Shown: in pieces, positions 36,084 to 50,399 of the stretch
How the letters are laid out: every line of letters begins with the position of its first letter
Numbering within the stretch: position 1 is the stretch's first letter
Assembly (NCBI GenBank): GCA_964016885.1
Contig: OZ024740.1
Coordinates: 271,808,001 to 271,872,000, forward strand
Source of the DNA: Eledone cirrhosa
Taxonomy: Eukaryota
DNA length: 64,000 bases
Direction: 5' to 3'
Position numbers and translations under genes: made by a program
Notes under the pieces: generated by a model
What the model saw: the letters and a program-made list of their open reading frames with translations, nothing else
What the model was told of the DNA's origin: nothing
Databases searched by the model: none

Positions 36084-36814
36084 TCATCTATCATGTTTAC
36101 TGACATATACTATGCAGTAGCACTGATGATCCTTGTGAACCGAGTTTACATCTCGGTTTTTATTCTATGTTGTTGCTAATTAATTTCACTTGCACTAGTT
36201 AAAAGTACGTATCAAGTCACTAACGTTGCAATGTGCCCATAAACTAAGCCCCCCACACACACTACCACCACGGCCCAGATCACCTAACTGTGTATCGTAT
36301 CGTTTAGCCATTATTATTTGCATTTTTTAAAATCAAAATCAACAGGTTTGTAGTGGTGGGTTCAATTTTAAAAGTTACCACCAGTAGTAGCCTGGTGTCA
36401 TATCTAGAGTTATATTTAACCTTCGGCATGTCAGAACTGGTGAGGTGGGTCTGCCAACCAGTTGGCATGGACCTGCAATTTTGAGAGTACCTACTCTCAA
36501 GTTTTAGTTGTATAATTCTATTCTGTTATTTGGAAGTATATAATGGACATTACATGTATATTTCCGTAACCCATGTGTAAATCTGTTTTTAAAACTGATA
36601 ACTAAAATACTTAATGAACCAGTTGAAATAGAGCCTACATTTAACATCTGCTCCAAGTCTATTACCTGCTTTACACTAACCAGGCTATGAGTAATGTTGC
36701 CATGAATATCGGTGTTTTCAATAAAATATTTTCAATTGGGCCACTTTAAGATTAGATCTGTGGTATGTAAAACCATATTGTATCAGAAATGTGTAAAGTG
36801 GCCACCAACAATTA

Positions 36815-37300
36815 GCAGTGGAGGTGGACGTTCAGAAAGTATAATAGCCAGAGTGAGAACTGGATGGAGAACGTTCTAGGTGCTACCTTCAAAATGTAGG
36901 GCAGATTGTGTGATGTGTGTATATGAACAACAATGCATCGTGGAGCTGATACCTGGGCACTGTGGGCAGAGGACCTACAAAGATTGGAAAGAAATGAAGC
37001 TTGCATTTTCCGATGGATGAGTAATAGTAGTGCACATGAACAGAGAAAGAAACTGGGCGTAAGAGGGTCAGATGCGGTGTGCAGGAGAGGAGATTGCAGT
37101 GGTATGTACATGTGATGCATATGGAAGATGACGTATAGCAAGGTGCAAAGTGCTTGAAGCTGAAGGAAACTATGGAAGAGGAAGACCTAGGAAAGAATAG
37201 GATGATAAAAGCTGACCTCGCACAATTAAACCTCTCAAAGGATCAAGATCTCTGGTGATATGCAGTACTCCAGAAGACCTACCTTCCTATGTGCAAAGGA
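36815..37300 (+). mobile_element. Decayed RTE LINE 3' fragment
   Basis: EDLQRLERNEACIFRWM and GRGRPRK; homologous to 14490-15123. Confidence 0.75.
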
Positions 37301-37321
37301 TAAACCAAACATCTAGACTCT

Positions 37322-37380
37322 AGATTTGTTTCATACTAGTGTCCTCTAGATTCTAGAGGACACTAGTATGAAACAAATCT
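37322..37380. repeat. Perfect 29-bp inverted repeat with 1-nt spacer
   Basis: agatttgtttcatactagtgtcctctaga-t-tctagaggacactagtatgaaacaaatct. Confidence 0.95.
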
Positions 37381-38846
37381 TCTCTCTCCGCTCTTCCATC
37401 CGTACACCTTCCACGTCTTAACACTCTACCCTTCATCAGCTAAGTACTCCACTGTAGACTAACCCCCATCCTGCATACATACATCACACCCTCCCCCCAA
37501 CCCCCACCACCTACATGTCCCACAATACTGCTGAAATGGCTAAAAGGTTTCATCCCATCCTGTAAGGAGGTCATGCTGGGGACAATAAAAAACAACAACC
37601 CTAGACTTCTATGTAAGGTCTTTGTGCTGGTGACAACAAAAAGCACCCAGTCCACCCTGTAAGGTGGTCATGCTGGTGACACAATGAAAAAGTACCCAGT
37701 CCAACATGTCAGCTGGTTATTTTGGCGGTACAATAAAAAGCAGCTAATCTGTGCTGTATATGTGGTTGGTGTTAAGAAGGGCATCCAGCTATACAAATCA
37801 AACTAGAAACAGTTCTATATAAGCAAGACGTGATCACCTGACCTGGCTTGTCTCAACAGGACCACTCATCTAACTCTTGCTAGCATGGAAAATGTACATT
37901 AAACAGTGATGATGATAATATGCTAGTGTGGAAAATGGATGTAAAACGGTGATGATGATGATATATATATATGTCTGTGTGTTTAGTAAACATAGTAGAA
38001 AATGGTGGAATTATCACAAAGGCTGTGGAGTTTGGGGATTTTTTTTTTAAATTCATTTTTTAATAATCCTTTATATATGTTTCACTATAATTAACAAATT
38101 AATAATTTGCATCAATCTAGAGTGATGTGTTGAAAAATACATTTTCACAGCTCCTCGGAAGGTAAAGCAAGTTGCAAATCCCTGGCCTGCCTGGCAGGTC
38201 AGTAGCCCCGCTTCAGTACTGATTTGGTCAATGTAGAACCATCCAACCCTTGCCAGCAGGGGAAACGGATGTTGCCCCAGTGTGGCCTCAGCCAGACGAC
38301 TGGAACAGGTAAAAGAGTAACCTCTTTGATTGGAAGGAAAGTGCATAAAGGTTTTTAGTGATATTAATGTACTCAATATGAACATGAAAATTGGTTGGAA
38401 TGGGGGAAATCTTAGTAATTTATATATAGTTCATAATTATTGTTTGGTTTGATGCTTAAAAATAGAAGAAAAGTTGTAGGTTTAGCAAGAAATTTTGAAG
38501 AAAGCAAGGGTATAGTGGGTAAGATCAGAGCTTCCGTTACACTTTTGGGATGGGGTGGAGCTTAAGTATACATACTGTACATGTGTATTATTATTATTAT
38601 TATTAGCTCATGCTTTTTATAAGCAATATGAGACTATGAAAGAAATCAAAAAGATGATTATAGTAACATATTTCTGTTGTCAATAGAAAATCAGTGTAGT
38701 AAAAACCAAAGCACAAGTATATTGAAACAAATTATTGGGGTGTTTAAGCCCCTTAGTGCTGGAAGCTTGAAGATACTGGATTATGAGAGTTCAAGTTGTT
38801 TCTTAAATATTATTTTTTAGCAAAGACTTAAAATATTATTAAATAA

Positions 38847-39034
38847 TTGTTTCTACTATTGGCACAAGGCCAGAAAATTACCCAGTACATTACTGGTACT
38901 TTATTTTATCGACCCCGTAAGGATGAAAGGCAAAGTTAACCTCGGCGGGATTTGAACTCAGAATGGCAAGGGCCGTAACTCTATGCGTCAAAGCATGGCG
39001 TCCGAACCTCTACCGATACTGCCAATCCACCGCC
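38847..39034 (-). mobile_element. Family A SINE with TSD
   Basis: aaaatattattaaataat occurs on both sides. Confidence 0.9.
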
Positions 39035-39907
39035 AAAATATTATTAAATAATGGCAATGTAAAGTGTGTATGAGGGGAGCTGCTACAGATGGAGGGGATG
39101 TTGAACTGGATCTTGCAAATGGTGTGAAGACAGAGTGTAAAAAAGTTTTGTTAACTTGGAGACATGATGAATGAAGAAGGTGGATAAGATGTGAGATGTG
39201 CATGGAAGAAGTTTTATAAACTGAGTAATATACTTAAGGGAAAGGTGTGAAATGCCATAAACACAATGAAAAGAATATATAACATTTTATTGAATGTATG
39301 AGAGATTCAATGTGTTGTCTATGAGGACTTGATGTGTTGATGAGTCATTTTGTGTTGTAGACTATGTACAGGCTGTGTAACACATGAAGGAAAATAACTT
39401 AGCAACGTTAAATTTCATTTATATCACTCTAAAGCAAAAATGTTCCTTGCGATATCATGATACTAATGGATACCAATGAATCGAAGTTAGGAAACCAGTT
39501 TCTCCAAAGAATTAGTATCAAGGGAGTGTGAACCAAGAAGGCAACAAAACTGCCTTTGAAATATTTATTGGCAACCATGAAATACTATGAAACTATGTGA
39601 TGACAATAACATATCAGAAATACAAAACACTTCAAAATAACAAGCATAATCTTTTAACATTATAATAAAATGTGGAGTTCACAAAAATTATTTTCTTTGA
39701 AATGTACATGTTTAGGTGTAGATGTAGGAGTGAGAAGGAAATTGTATATGTATACTAGTGACAGAGAGAGCAGCTAAAGATGTGTGTTAAGATATGGCCT
39801 GAGAGAAACAACAGAAATATATAGGACGATTGTTTCATCTTGTCAGTTGATAGATGTTTCATTTTTTCAATCAGAAGTAGGTGAATACGACATCTGTAAA
39901 TAATTGG

Positions 39908-39989
39908 ATTATAGTGACACACTAGTATAGCACATATGTCATTTTCTAATTATAGTGACACACTAGTATAGCACATATGTCACTTTCTA
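39908..39989. repeat. Direct tandem duplication of ~40 bp
   Basis: attatagtgacacactagtatagcacatatgtca(t/c)tttcta, two copies. Confidence 0.9.
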
Positions 39990-41560
39990 AATATCTATTG
40001 TTAAATATCTAATAACAAACGAGGGGAAAATAACTGGAAACTATTTTAACCACAAGTTTTGTATTAAAGAGCCTTCTCCTAGACTTTTCCAATAAAACAA
40101 TATTTACAAGTCAGTAAAGGTTTTGATTTTGGACTCTGCTGGTACCCCTTCATCTCTGTCTATTCTCCATTCTCAAGGCATTTGTCAGTCTATTAGATGC
40201 ACTTTAAAAAAAAACATATGCCCATATCACAGATGGGAAGCCGAATGGAGGGTGAGGATAATCATGGATAAAAAAATTTAGTTTGTATTACCATTAGTAT
40301 TACTAATACAATAATACAATACAATTTATATAAACAAAATGATGTCAAACTTATATGAGTTTCTGAAAAAACAATGAAATAATTTTTAATAAATTTATGA
40401 AGAAATGTAATAAAATTCTGTTTTTCTCAAAGTGTTCATGTAAAACCAGGGAGTGTCTCAAATACAGTACTTTCCATGTTCACTTCACTTTTCCTGAAGC
40501 TGATGCAATATTATGTCTGGTAAATTATCTCAACCTAAACCCATATTAGCCTTCCAGAAGCATAATTTCTGATAGATTTTGCAGTTGCTTTAATTTAAGA
40601 GACTATGAGCAAATACCTTTTCCTGTAATGCTGACGGGGAAAAAAATCCTTCCTCTAGTTATTACAGTTACTTTTGTTACAGTGCTATTATGTTTGCATT
40701 TCTTATTTCATGTGGAATAGTTCTGTCTCCAACAAAGAATCAGGAGCTCAATTGGGATATTGTCATTGCCTGGTGATTTGCCACTAAATAATTCATGTAT
40801 ATACAAAAAGCACCCAACCCACATTGTAAAGTGGTCATATAAGTGTCATGACAAAAAGCACCCAACCCATACTGTAATGTGGTCGTTTTGGTGCCACAAT
40901 AAAAAGCACCCAGTACACACTGTAAATGTGGTTGATGCCATAGAAACCAAGCCAAAATCAGTCCTGTATGAGCAGGATATGGTCATTTGATTTGGCTTGT
41001 CTCACAATGGGACAACTCATCTAACCCATGCCAGTGTGGACAAATGGATGCTAAATGGTGATGATGATGTTGATGATTATAGCTTTCAAGAGGTTTTCCA
41101 TAGTGGTTTCTTTATCTAGTTCCATCATTTTAGGGAGTGATACAATGATATTTTCCAGTTGTTTACTTACATTCTTTCTTGTGAGTACATATTGGAGTAG
41201 TGCTCAATCCATCTGTTCAACTGTTCTCTTATGTCTAGAATCAGGTCACCAACTATCAATATTGAGAACAGAAAGCATTCTTTATTTTGTTTATCTTGTC
41301 CTGAAATATCTCATATTTGAGGCATGCTAATATCAGAGAAAAGTTTGTTCCAATATCATTAGTACTCCTGGGAACTTTTCTTTGTGCTATTCATAATGCT
41401 GTTTTAAGCTGATTGACTATAGCTTCCATTGGGTTCTTGTAGTTCAAAAGGGCTTTTCTCTTTTCCTCCTGTAGTGGTATGAATGTAGATACATTTTCTT
41501 CAACTCAGTCCACTTTGCATACCTTATTTATCCAAAATATTTTGATAGCAATATCATACA

Positions 41561-41725
41561 CAGGGCCTATGAGAGGGGGAGTCCAGCCGGTACTTTGTTC
41601 TGGGGCTCAAGAGCTAAGAAGACCCCACAGCAACCATGCAACATCCATTTTGAGAAAAATCTTTGCCTGCATCGGGCCCCAAAGGGGTTTTGTACTGCCT
41701 TGCAAAATTTCTCTTTGATGCCCTG
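41561..41725. mobile_element. hAT-type MITE with 8-bp TSD
   Basis: CAGGGC...GCCCTG termini flanked by atcataca on both sides. Confidence 0.8.
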
Positions 41726-43239
41726 ATCATACAATGCTTCCAGGTTTCATCAACAGCATTTCCAGTTGGTTGTCAATAACCACTGTAAGCTAACAGTCTT
41801 TTGCAAGTTACTGTTCTCAAATCTAATATAAATTGTCACAATCCTTCTCAACCTCATTAAGGCTTGATTTTACCTTGTTCAGACTGATTGAATGTTCAAT
41901 TAATATCTACCTTTCAATGTTTGATCTATCTTTAAACACCTAATGCAGCAAACAGACATTACAGATTAGATGGCAGGTATTTAGATCTTCCTCATCTTGT
42001 TTGCAACAGACTTCTTTCATTTCTATGCTTTTTTTCCCCCTATGTGTTTGATGTTTAATCTTGGCTTCTGTAGTTTCTTGCTCCTCTGAAGTTTCTTTGT
42101 AACTATTTTGAATTTGAGCTGTGCTGCAATCAGTATTGTAAATTTTATTAAGTTGCAATGGCATCTACAAAATAAACATTAAATTCAATTCATGCCCGTA
42201 GCCAGATCAAAAGTCTCACCAAGAAAACTTTTGACAATTTTTACCATTGTAGAATGTTATGCGAAGGCACTTGTTTTAGTGGTTAGAGCGTTGGGCTTGC
42301 AATCAGGATGTGAGTTTGATTCTCAGACCGAGTGGTGTGTTTTATTCTTGAGCAAGACACTTTATTTCATGTTGATCCAGGTTAGTCAGGTGTAGCACTG
42401 GTGTCAAGCTGTATTAGCCATTGCCTTTCCCTTGGACATTAGTGGTGTGGATGTTTATGCAGGTGTGCATGCTGCATATATTCTAGCTATTAGAAAAAGC
42501 AAAATGAATGTTTCAACTTTTAAAAAGGGATGACTCAAGAAAAAGAAGAAGAATGTAATGCATGTCTTAGCTAGGATGTGTGCTGTCTAGGTTTGTCCAC
42601 TCCTTTCTCAGCCATCACATACTTAAATATAAATAACAGACCTCATAAAAGTTTTGCCTGGGGGGTGATAGCCTGTGTCATTGCCCCTCTCACTATACTA
42701 CTGACTCTAGTAGCCATTATCCATTTTCATTGATGTTAATAACACTAAACTGTCCTTAGCATAGCAGCCAGTTCTCATGATCAGAGCCCACTTGAGCATT
42801 GAAGCTTCTTAAAATACAGATCTGTTATGGCTGATATATTGTCTATCATTCTGTAAATCCTCATAGAATTTGTCCTTGCATTTATTGTTTGCTTGAAGAA
42901 TGGGATCATATGCACTAATAACGTTTATAGGGCATGACTTGGGATGTACTCATTTTCTCCTTTGAGTTGCTAAGGAGTTTATTGCCGACTGCAACGTCTA
43001 TTCCATGCAGGAAACACTCTTCAGGTTTGTGGTCCTGCTATTAAAACATATATTTCCTTTTCAGAGACAGCCAATCTTGTCTCCTGTAGGACAGTAATAT
43101 CTATATTTAATTATTTTAGTTGGTTGTTAATTATCACTGTATGCTGACAGTCTATTTCAAGTTACTGTTGTCAAATCTAGTATAAATTAAATTGTTATAA
43201 TCCTGCTTAACTTCAGTGGGGTTGATTTTCATATTTTAG

Positions 43240-43500
43240 ACTGTCTCTTCACCTCCAGCCTTGTCGCTTTGGCCACAAACCTGGGCTCTGCTGCCTGCAA
43301 TGCAGAGGAGAGGAAGAAAGTCAAATACCAGGATCTACTCAACCACTTCCCCTTTACACTGGTCTCCGTTGAGACCTCTGGCATCCTTGGCAACCTGCAT
43401 CAGGTGGGGGTGGTTGTTGCAGCAAGTGTTTCTGGTCATTCTCTGTGGTAACACTTTTGCTGTTTTGTCTGCAGGGGGTTCCTGAGGCACTGCTTAGACT
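43240..43500 (+). mobile_element. 3' fragment of a restriction-like-endonuclease non-LTR element (CRE/NeSL-like)
   Basis: GSAACNAEERKKVKYQDL..F..VSVETSGILG resembles the REL-domain C-terminus. Confidence 0.6.
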
Positions 43501-45348
43501 GGTATGTAGTGATTGACACCCCCTCTTCCTTGCTCCTTCTTTCTTTTTCTCCTTTTCATTTTCTTTTTTCTTCTTCATTCTCTGCTCCCTTTAGTAGTGT
43601 TTTGTTTTTATTAGATACTGCTTATTTATTTTCATATAATCTCAATGGCCTTTCATGATATTGTCAGATTTTGTATATTGAATAAATAGTAAATTCATAT
43701 AAAAATTAATATCTACCTTTCAATTTTTTTATTTATCTTTAAACACCTCATGGATTAAACAGATGTAACAGATTAGCACCATTACTGGCTGGGGGTTACC
43801 CAGAAAGAAGTAGGGGGCAGCTGATCAGGGCAATTGAAAAATTGTTCACTGCATGGAGTTGGCTCATGGAGCCTTTCCTAAACTTCAGTTTGAGAAGACT
43901 TATAACCCATAACTGTATCTCCCATGTTACTATACTGTGTATGGATGGATGGATGGAGCGTCAGTTGAAAAGTTCATAGGCCGTCCAAGATGCTCTCATT
44001 GAATAACCAAATGAGGTTTATTTTTCAACATGGTCTCTTGAAAGAAACAATGTAGTTATTAATAAGAGTTGAAATTAATGCATGCAACATTTCACAGCTC
44101 TAGCATCAGTCTTTCATAGTTTTTCAGGCAACACACGTATGTTGCTTTTGTATGAGCAATGTAATCATGGTAACATGCTTTTTTGTTCAGTTGTTTCTTA
44201 ACCTCTCTTGGCTACTTTGATTAGTTCAAAATGAATGATAGTGTTAATCAGCATCATCATTGTTTAACATCGATTTTCTATGCTTGCATGGGTTATATGG
44301 GTTGTCACATTATGAGACAAGTCAGGTTCAAAGGCCATGTCTTGCTTATACAGATCTGTATTATGGCTTGGTTTCTACGACTGGATGCCTTTCCTAACAC
44401 CAACCACTTTACTGTGTGTACTGGGTGCTTTTTATCGTGGCACTGAAGCAACCACATTACAGTGTGGACTGGACGATTTTTGTCACCAACACAAGCAGCT
44501 TACAGTGTTGACTGGGTGCTTTTTCTCATGTCACCATCCCAATACATTTGAATATTGAGCATAAGTGATGCCAGAACGATGGTTCAGAAACAGACCTCTC
44601 CATCAAATATCAACAGTAGTTTTTTTCTTTAGCATTTTGCACTTGTTCTAACTTGCAAAGTGCTTGCAGAGGTTTAAGAGGGAATTTTTGCGTGTGTGTA
44701 TCAGGAAAGAGGGGGGGGGGGTCATCCAAACATCTAAGTCTATTTTATAGGGAAGTGTGGAACCACTTATGCACCCCAGCTCTTCCTGATAAGCCTATAG
44801 TAAGTTGGTCTAAAAGCCCTTATTTGATATCTACAACGAACATCTATATTTAAAGGCAGTTCCAATATTTACTACATACGGCCGCACTGGGTTAACGATG
44901 TTTTCCACCCACCCCCAGTTATATTTATACATATATAATAAAAACAAGTCAGTTTGGAAGAATTACATCGTTAATGGTAAAAGAAACAAGCCCTTCCAGC
45001 CTTAAATCAGAAACTTTCACCAAAACAGAACCCCCTATCCAACTGTTATTTAATTTGTACTATACGTGAACGTGTAATGAGAGAAACAGAAGGCAAGGAA
45101 GACAGATATATATATATAAATATATTTATATATAAGATGAACATATTAAAAAGTTTGAGTGAATATTATTTAACTAAATTAAAAAATAAAAATGAATAAC
45201 AAGCAGCAGCAACTCCACTTGTCATCCGGGTCCTAGCATCACCCGAACCGAGCCTCGATGTGACAACGAGAGCTTCTCTATAGCCTCTTCCTCCCTCCCC
45301 CTTCCATTACCAACCACCATTTTGTGAATAATATTTCAAAAGAAAAAT

Positions 45349-45400
45349 ATGTCCATAGAACCACCGTCAACGGATCACATCTCAGTAGGAAATGTATCAG
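45349..45400 (+). CDS. ZNF236: Probable ZNF236 first coding exon (MSIEPPSTDHISVGNVS)
   Basis: ATG followed by a strong CAG|gtaagt donor. Phase 1 fits the exon at 59340 (G|AT = Asp). Lies in a CpG-richer unique region. No recognised homology. Confidence 0.65.
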
Positions 45401-46471
45401 GTAAGTCATCATAGACATACAATGGGACCTAAAAAATCAACAAAACAAAAAGCGATAGAGTGAAAAGAACAGCAAGAGATAATCGATTGACACATGCTTC
45501 GATTTATTTTTCCTTGAGCAAGCATCACACCGTGCGCCTTCTCATCACCTACTATGAAAATAGTGCCCCAAAATAGTGTCGTCGGAGGTGCTAATTTTTT
45601 TCCCCCTGTATAGTTCGGCCATATCGATGGGTTCTCTTTTAGCAATGGGCGCAATAATACGCTGGCATGTACTCTCTCTCACACTTACTCTTTCTCTACT
45701 CATAAAGATTACTGCTTCTCAATCCATCACTAATACTCTTTTCTACGCATATATATACATATATATATAAGTCTATACATACATTATTGTAATGTATTTA
45801 AGTATACTTTTGTATATATATATATATTTATATATGGTAGTGTATATATAATGTATATATATATGATACATATATATGTAATATATAAATATATATGATA
45901 CATATATATGTATTATATATTATATATATATATATATATGTGTGCGTGCATGTTTATGCATATCTAGCTCGACGAAGACACCAGCGGCGTTGGTGGTAGT
46001 AAAACTTTTTGGGTGGCACCTTGTTTATGATTTTGTATTGTGTCTGAATTCATATCTAGACCAACTTTGTCTTTCGTTCTTATAAACAGAACCAAAAGAA
46101 TGAATGTTAATATACACGAGGATGGATTTCATCTATTCCTTTTACCTTGGTTCACCTTTCAAAAGAAGGGTGGTCCTTATGTACAGATCACAACAAACCA
46201 GTTATTTAAAACATCCCCATTCCCATTTATACGAATTTAGAGGGATTTCAGACAGCCTTATATGTATTTACATTAATTTTACTGAGTTTATATATTTTAA
46301 TTGGGAGAATTGAAAACTGTGCTAGCAATCTCTCTCTCTATCTATAATATATATTAAAAAAATGTATATATATATATATATATAGCCACTCGATCGGATA
46401 AAGAATCTTATCACGTAATCTAGTCTTCGTAATACTGATCAAGTGACCCGAAAAGTAATTGTATATATTAT

Positions 46472-46504
<33 letters not shown>

Positions 46505-46534
46505 GGATATTCTTCGTATCGTACTTTTGTCCGA

Positions 46535-46618
46535 GTGCCCGATGAGGGGCCAGGTTGGAAGAGCCTCCTCCACTATACAGTGGTGGCCATAACTGGACCC
46601 CGAAACCAAAGGTCACAT
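46535..46618 (+). ncRNA. Degenerate type I hammerhead motif with long stem II
   Basis: gtgc-CCGATGA-GGGGCCAG...CTGGACCCC-GAAA-CC(AAA)GG-TC-acat, lying between (TA)n arrays. Confidence 0.6.
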
Positions 46619-48600
46619 ACACGTTAAGTGTATGAAACGTTATTTACACACACACTATATATATAATGGCTGTATAAATAATATAAAAACTTTGTTGACA
46701 GTTTTTCAGTTATCTTAGTTTAATATCAAAGGCAACCTTTTTACGTTTGCTGTTTTTTCGTTTCTAAGTTTTCAATAATAACAGCAACTAGCAAACATTG
46801 TTTGGTATGTTTATTTATTTAATCATGTACATATATTTATTAAATAAACACTTGGGGAAAAATAAATAATTACGATATAATCACATGCACCAAAGAAATG
46901 GTGAGAAGTTACATTAATAAATAGAGTTCAAATCCTGCCGAGGTTAGCTCTGCCTTTTCTTGCTTACAGGATCGATAAAATAAAGTACCAGTAACGCACT
47001 GGGGTCGATTTAATGGACTCTCCCTACCACAAAAAATTGTTGGCTTTGTGTGTAAATCAGAAACAATTTATATACAGACCCAAAACAAACAACGTAAACA
47101 AAATAAGCACAACAGTCAGATAAACAACGAACAAATGAAGGAGCCAGCGCTAGAAATAGCAGCCAAATGTCTCACATCACACCCAGTCGTTCTCTAAAAC
47201 AGAAATTGGTAATTATTTAGATTACATAAACATATCACTACTTTCACTTTGGTTTTGTATAAAAGCTCGCCAATTCCATCGTTTGGCGGAATACTTCCAC
47301 AAGGCATTTTATTAACTTTTTGATATTGTGATAATAGATATGGATTTTAATATCTATGCTAATCTATTACTTAGTTACCTATATATATATATATAAATAT
47401 ATATATATAATTTTATTTTTTATTTAAGGATTTCCTCATAAATTCATAGTTTTTTTATAGAACTGATAATGGTTAAATGAAAAGCTGCTTCTTACATACA
47501 CATTCCCGATGATTTCATACGAATGAAACAGTTCTAGTCCTGTAGAAGCCATTGCTATATTAAATAATGATGTTTACACTCTACTAATGTATTGAGTACC
47601 ATTTTTCAATGTGGTTACGCCCGATTTAACTCGGAATCTACACCCCCCCCCCACGCGCGCGTATATGTGTGTGCGTGTGTGTGTGGGGGGGGGGGGGGGG
47701 TTCCAGCTCAGTATCAAAAGTATACCTTGAGAAAGAAAAGTGAAAGTCGATAAATAATATTTTCGGATTTCATGTAACTGAACAATTAGCCTTTTTCCAA
47801 TGAGCCTTTTCTTTTTTTAAAGACAGTAGTTTATATAAAAAGACATGGTGGCCACGGTTAGAACGCCTTTGGTAATAGGCGCTTGATTAGGACAGATGTG
47901 AAGGCTAAACAGTAACCAAAATAATTGTTTCTACTTTTGACACAAGGCCAGGAATTTTCCTCAGTTCATCACTGGTGCTTTATTTATGAAAGGCAAAGCT
48001 AACCTCGGCGGGATTTGTAACCAAAATAATGTGAAAAAGAATGTGGAAAACGGATGAAAACAAATACACAACAACATAAACATTAGTGTTCGTATTCAGT
48101 AAACAATAAAGACAAAAAGAAAAACGTACCAATCACATAAAAAAATCAGAACAATAAAATAAAAGGGTGGTGGGTATAGGAGTGAAAGAACAAAGACATG
48201 TTTTCTATTTCTACACTTTCTCCCTCTTCTACTAATTATTACCATCCTTACTGTTGTTTTCGTTTCTTTATGATAATCCCAGGAGAGGGGCGTGGTGGAA
48301 CAGAACTTGTGATGTTCATACGCTTCCAGAGAACATTACCTGTAAATATATTTTTTTCTTGCCATGCCCTGATGGCAAATTAGATACAAATGTCACATTA
48401 AAATAAAATTCAGATTTATACAATATCGTACAATAATTATTTCTTTATTGTACAATAATGAACAGGCGCACATACAGATTAAACTATATTAAATATATTT
48501 GTCTGTCTGCCTGTTTACATTATAACATGTATTCAATTCTTTTGTGTATAATTGGTCTTTGAATTAAGAATATCATATATATATATAAATAATATATGTA

Positions 48601-49173
48601 TCATCATCATCATCAACACCGTTTTACGTCCGTTCTTCCACGCTAGCATGGGTTAGACGGGTTGTCCTGTTGTGGGCAGTCTCCGGTCGGCTGACGTTGT
48701 CTTGCTCATACAGGAACTGATTCTGGCTTGATTTCTACAGCTGGATGCCCTTCCTAACACCAACCTCATTTACAGTGAATGATGGGTGCTTTTTTTTCTG
48801 TGGCGCCTACACGTCAACTTTACAGTGTGGGGTGTCCATCTTCCACGTTTGCATAACTTTACATCGAAAGGGGTGGTGTGGATGGGGTGGGGGTAGTGGG
48901 ACGGGGGTGTATTTTTGTTAAGAAGTGCCTACTGACCGTAGGTTTCGCTTTGTAATTAGGCAAGGCGGGTCTTCTGTATTACTGTGTAGCGCCAAAGTTC
49001 TCGGTCCAGTGACATTGTCTTGGAGAGGTGTGAGGTCGGAATTTATCAAGTCGCCCCAGGTTTTTCTGGGTCTGCCTACTCCGTGGCTACCGTCTATTTT
49101 TATCGCCCTGCACATTTTTATACAGCTGTCGCCTTTCATGCTCATCACGTGACCATACCAACGTAGTCTTCTC

Positions 49174-49228
<55 letters not shown>

Positions 49229-50205
49229 ATATCTAAATAACAGATTAAAGTTTAAGCAAAGAATCGCTGCTTTCACCCTTAACGGGATCTTCTGAAACTT
49301 ATCGAGCCCTCTTTGGATTTTAGTCTTCAAATTTATTATTACTATATATATATATATATATAATGTATGTGTATATATATAATATATGTATGTATATATA
49401 TAAATATCATCATCATCATCACCGTTTTACGTCCATTCTTCCACGCTAGCATGGGTTAGATGGGTTGTCCTGTTGTGGGCAATGCCAGGTTGGGTGACCA
49501 TGTCTTGCTCATATGGGAACTGATTTTGGCTTGATTTCTACAGCGGGATGCCCTTCCTAACACCAACCTCATTTACAGTGAGTACTGGGTGCTTTTTTAC
49601 CATGATGCCTACATGACCACTTTACAGTGTGGGCTGGGTGCTTTTTTGTTGTGACACCTACATGACCACTTTGCAGTGGGGGTGGGTGGGGCCACATTGT
49701 CTGTATGCTTCAGCTTTGGCTTGTACCTGTGGGAAGTCAGGTCTTTTATATATATATATATATAAAAGCACCCAGTACTGATTGGGAAGGCATCCAGCTA
49801 CAGAAACTAAGCCAGAACCAGATCAGTCACCAGAAGAACAAGACATGGTCACCTGACCTAGGATTGCCCACAACAGGACAATCCCACCTAACCCGTGCTA
49901 GCGTGGAAAATGGACATAAAGACGGAGGTGATGATATGTGAGTATATACACAAATATGTATATATAGACCATGTGTGTATATATGTATATAACATCCAGC
50001 CCACACTGTAAAGTGGATGTGTAAAAGACAGCAAAAAGCACTCAACCCACACTGTAAAGTGGACGTATAAAAGACACGGCAAAAACCAACCAGAAACACT
50101 CTTTAGGAGTGAGACACGGTCACCCGACTCAACTTGCCTCCAAATGGGACCCGTCTAACCCATGCTAGTGTGGAAGATAGATGTTAATCAATGATGATGA
50201 TGACG
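48601..50205. mobile_element. Cluster of family B SINE 3' parts in both orientations plus an RTE 3' fragment (48920-49170, minus)
   Basis: Repeated ccagctgtagaaatcaagccag / acccatgctagcgtggaa blocks and a GRPRKTW motif. Confidence 0.75.
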
Positions 50206-50300
50206 CTGATATATGTGATGGGAAACTGTCAGGAGAGCAGAAGGTTCATAGAAGAACTCCCTCTCAAACAAGGGTTTTGGCTTGTGTGTGTGTGTATATT

Positions 50301-50363
<63 letters not shown>

Positions 50364-50399
50364 ATATGTATATCCTTATCATCATTTTGTGTTCCCCAC

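Noticed and set aside
45968-46010. tcgacgaagac-hairpin-aaaac resembling a hammerhead
   Set aside because: Neither CTGA nor GAAA is intact.
49255-49300. Hammerhead-like CAGAAGA-TCCC(GTTAA)GGGT-GAAA on the minus strand
   Set aside because: The core is altered and helices I and III are not convincing. At most a decayed relic.
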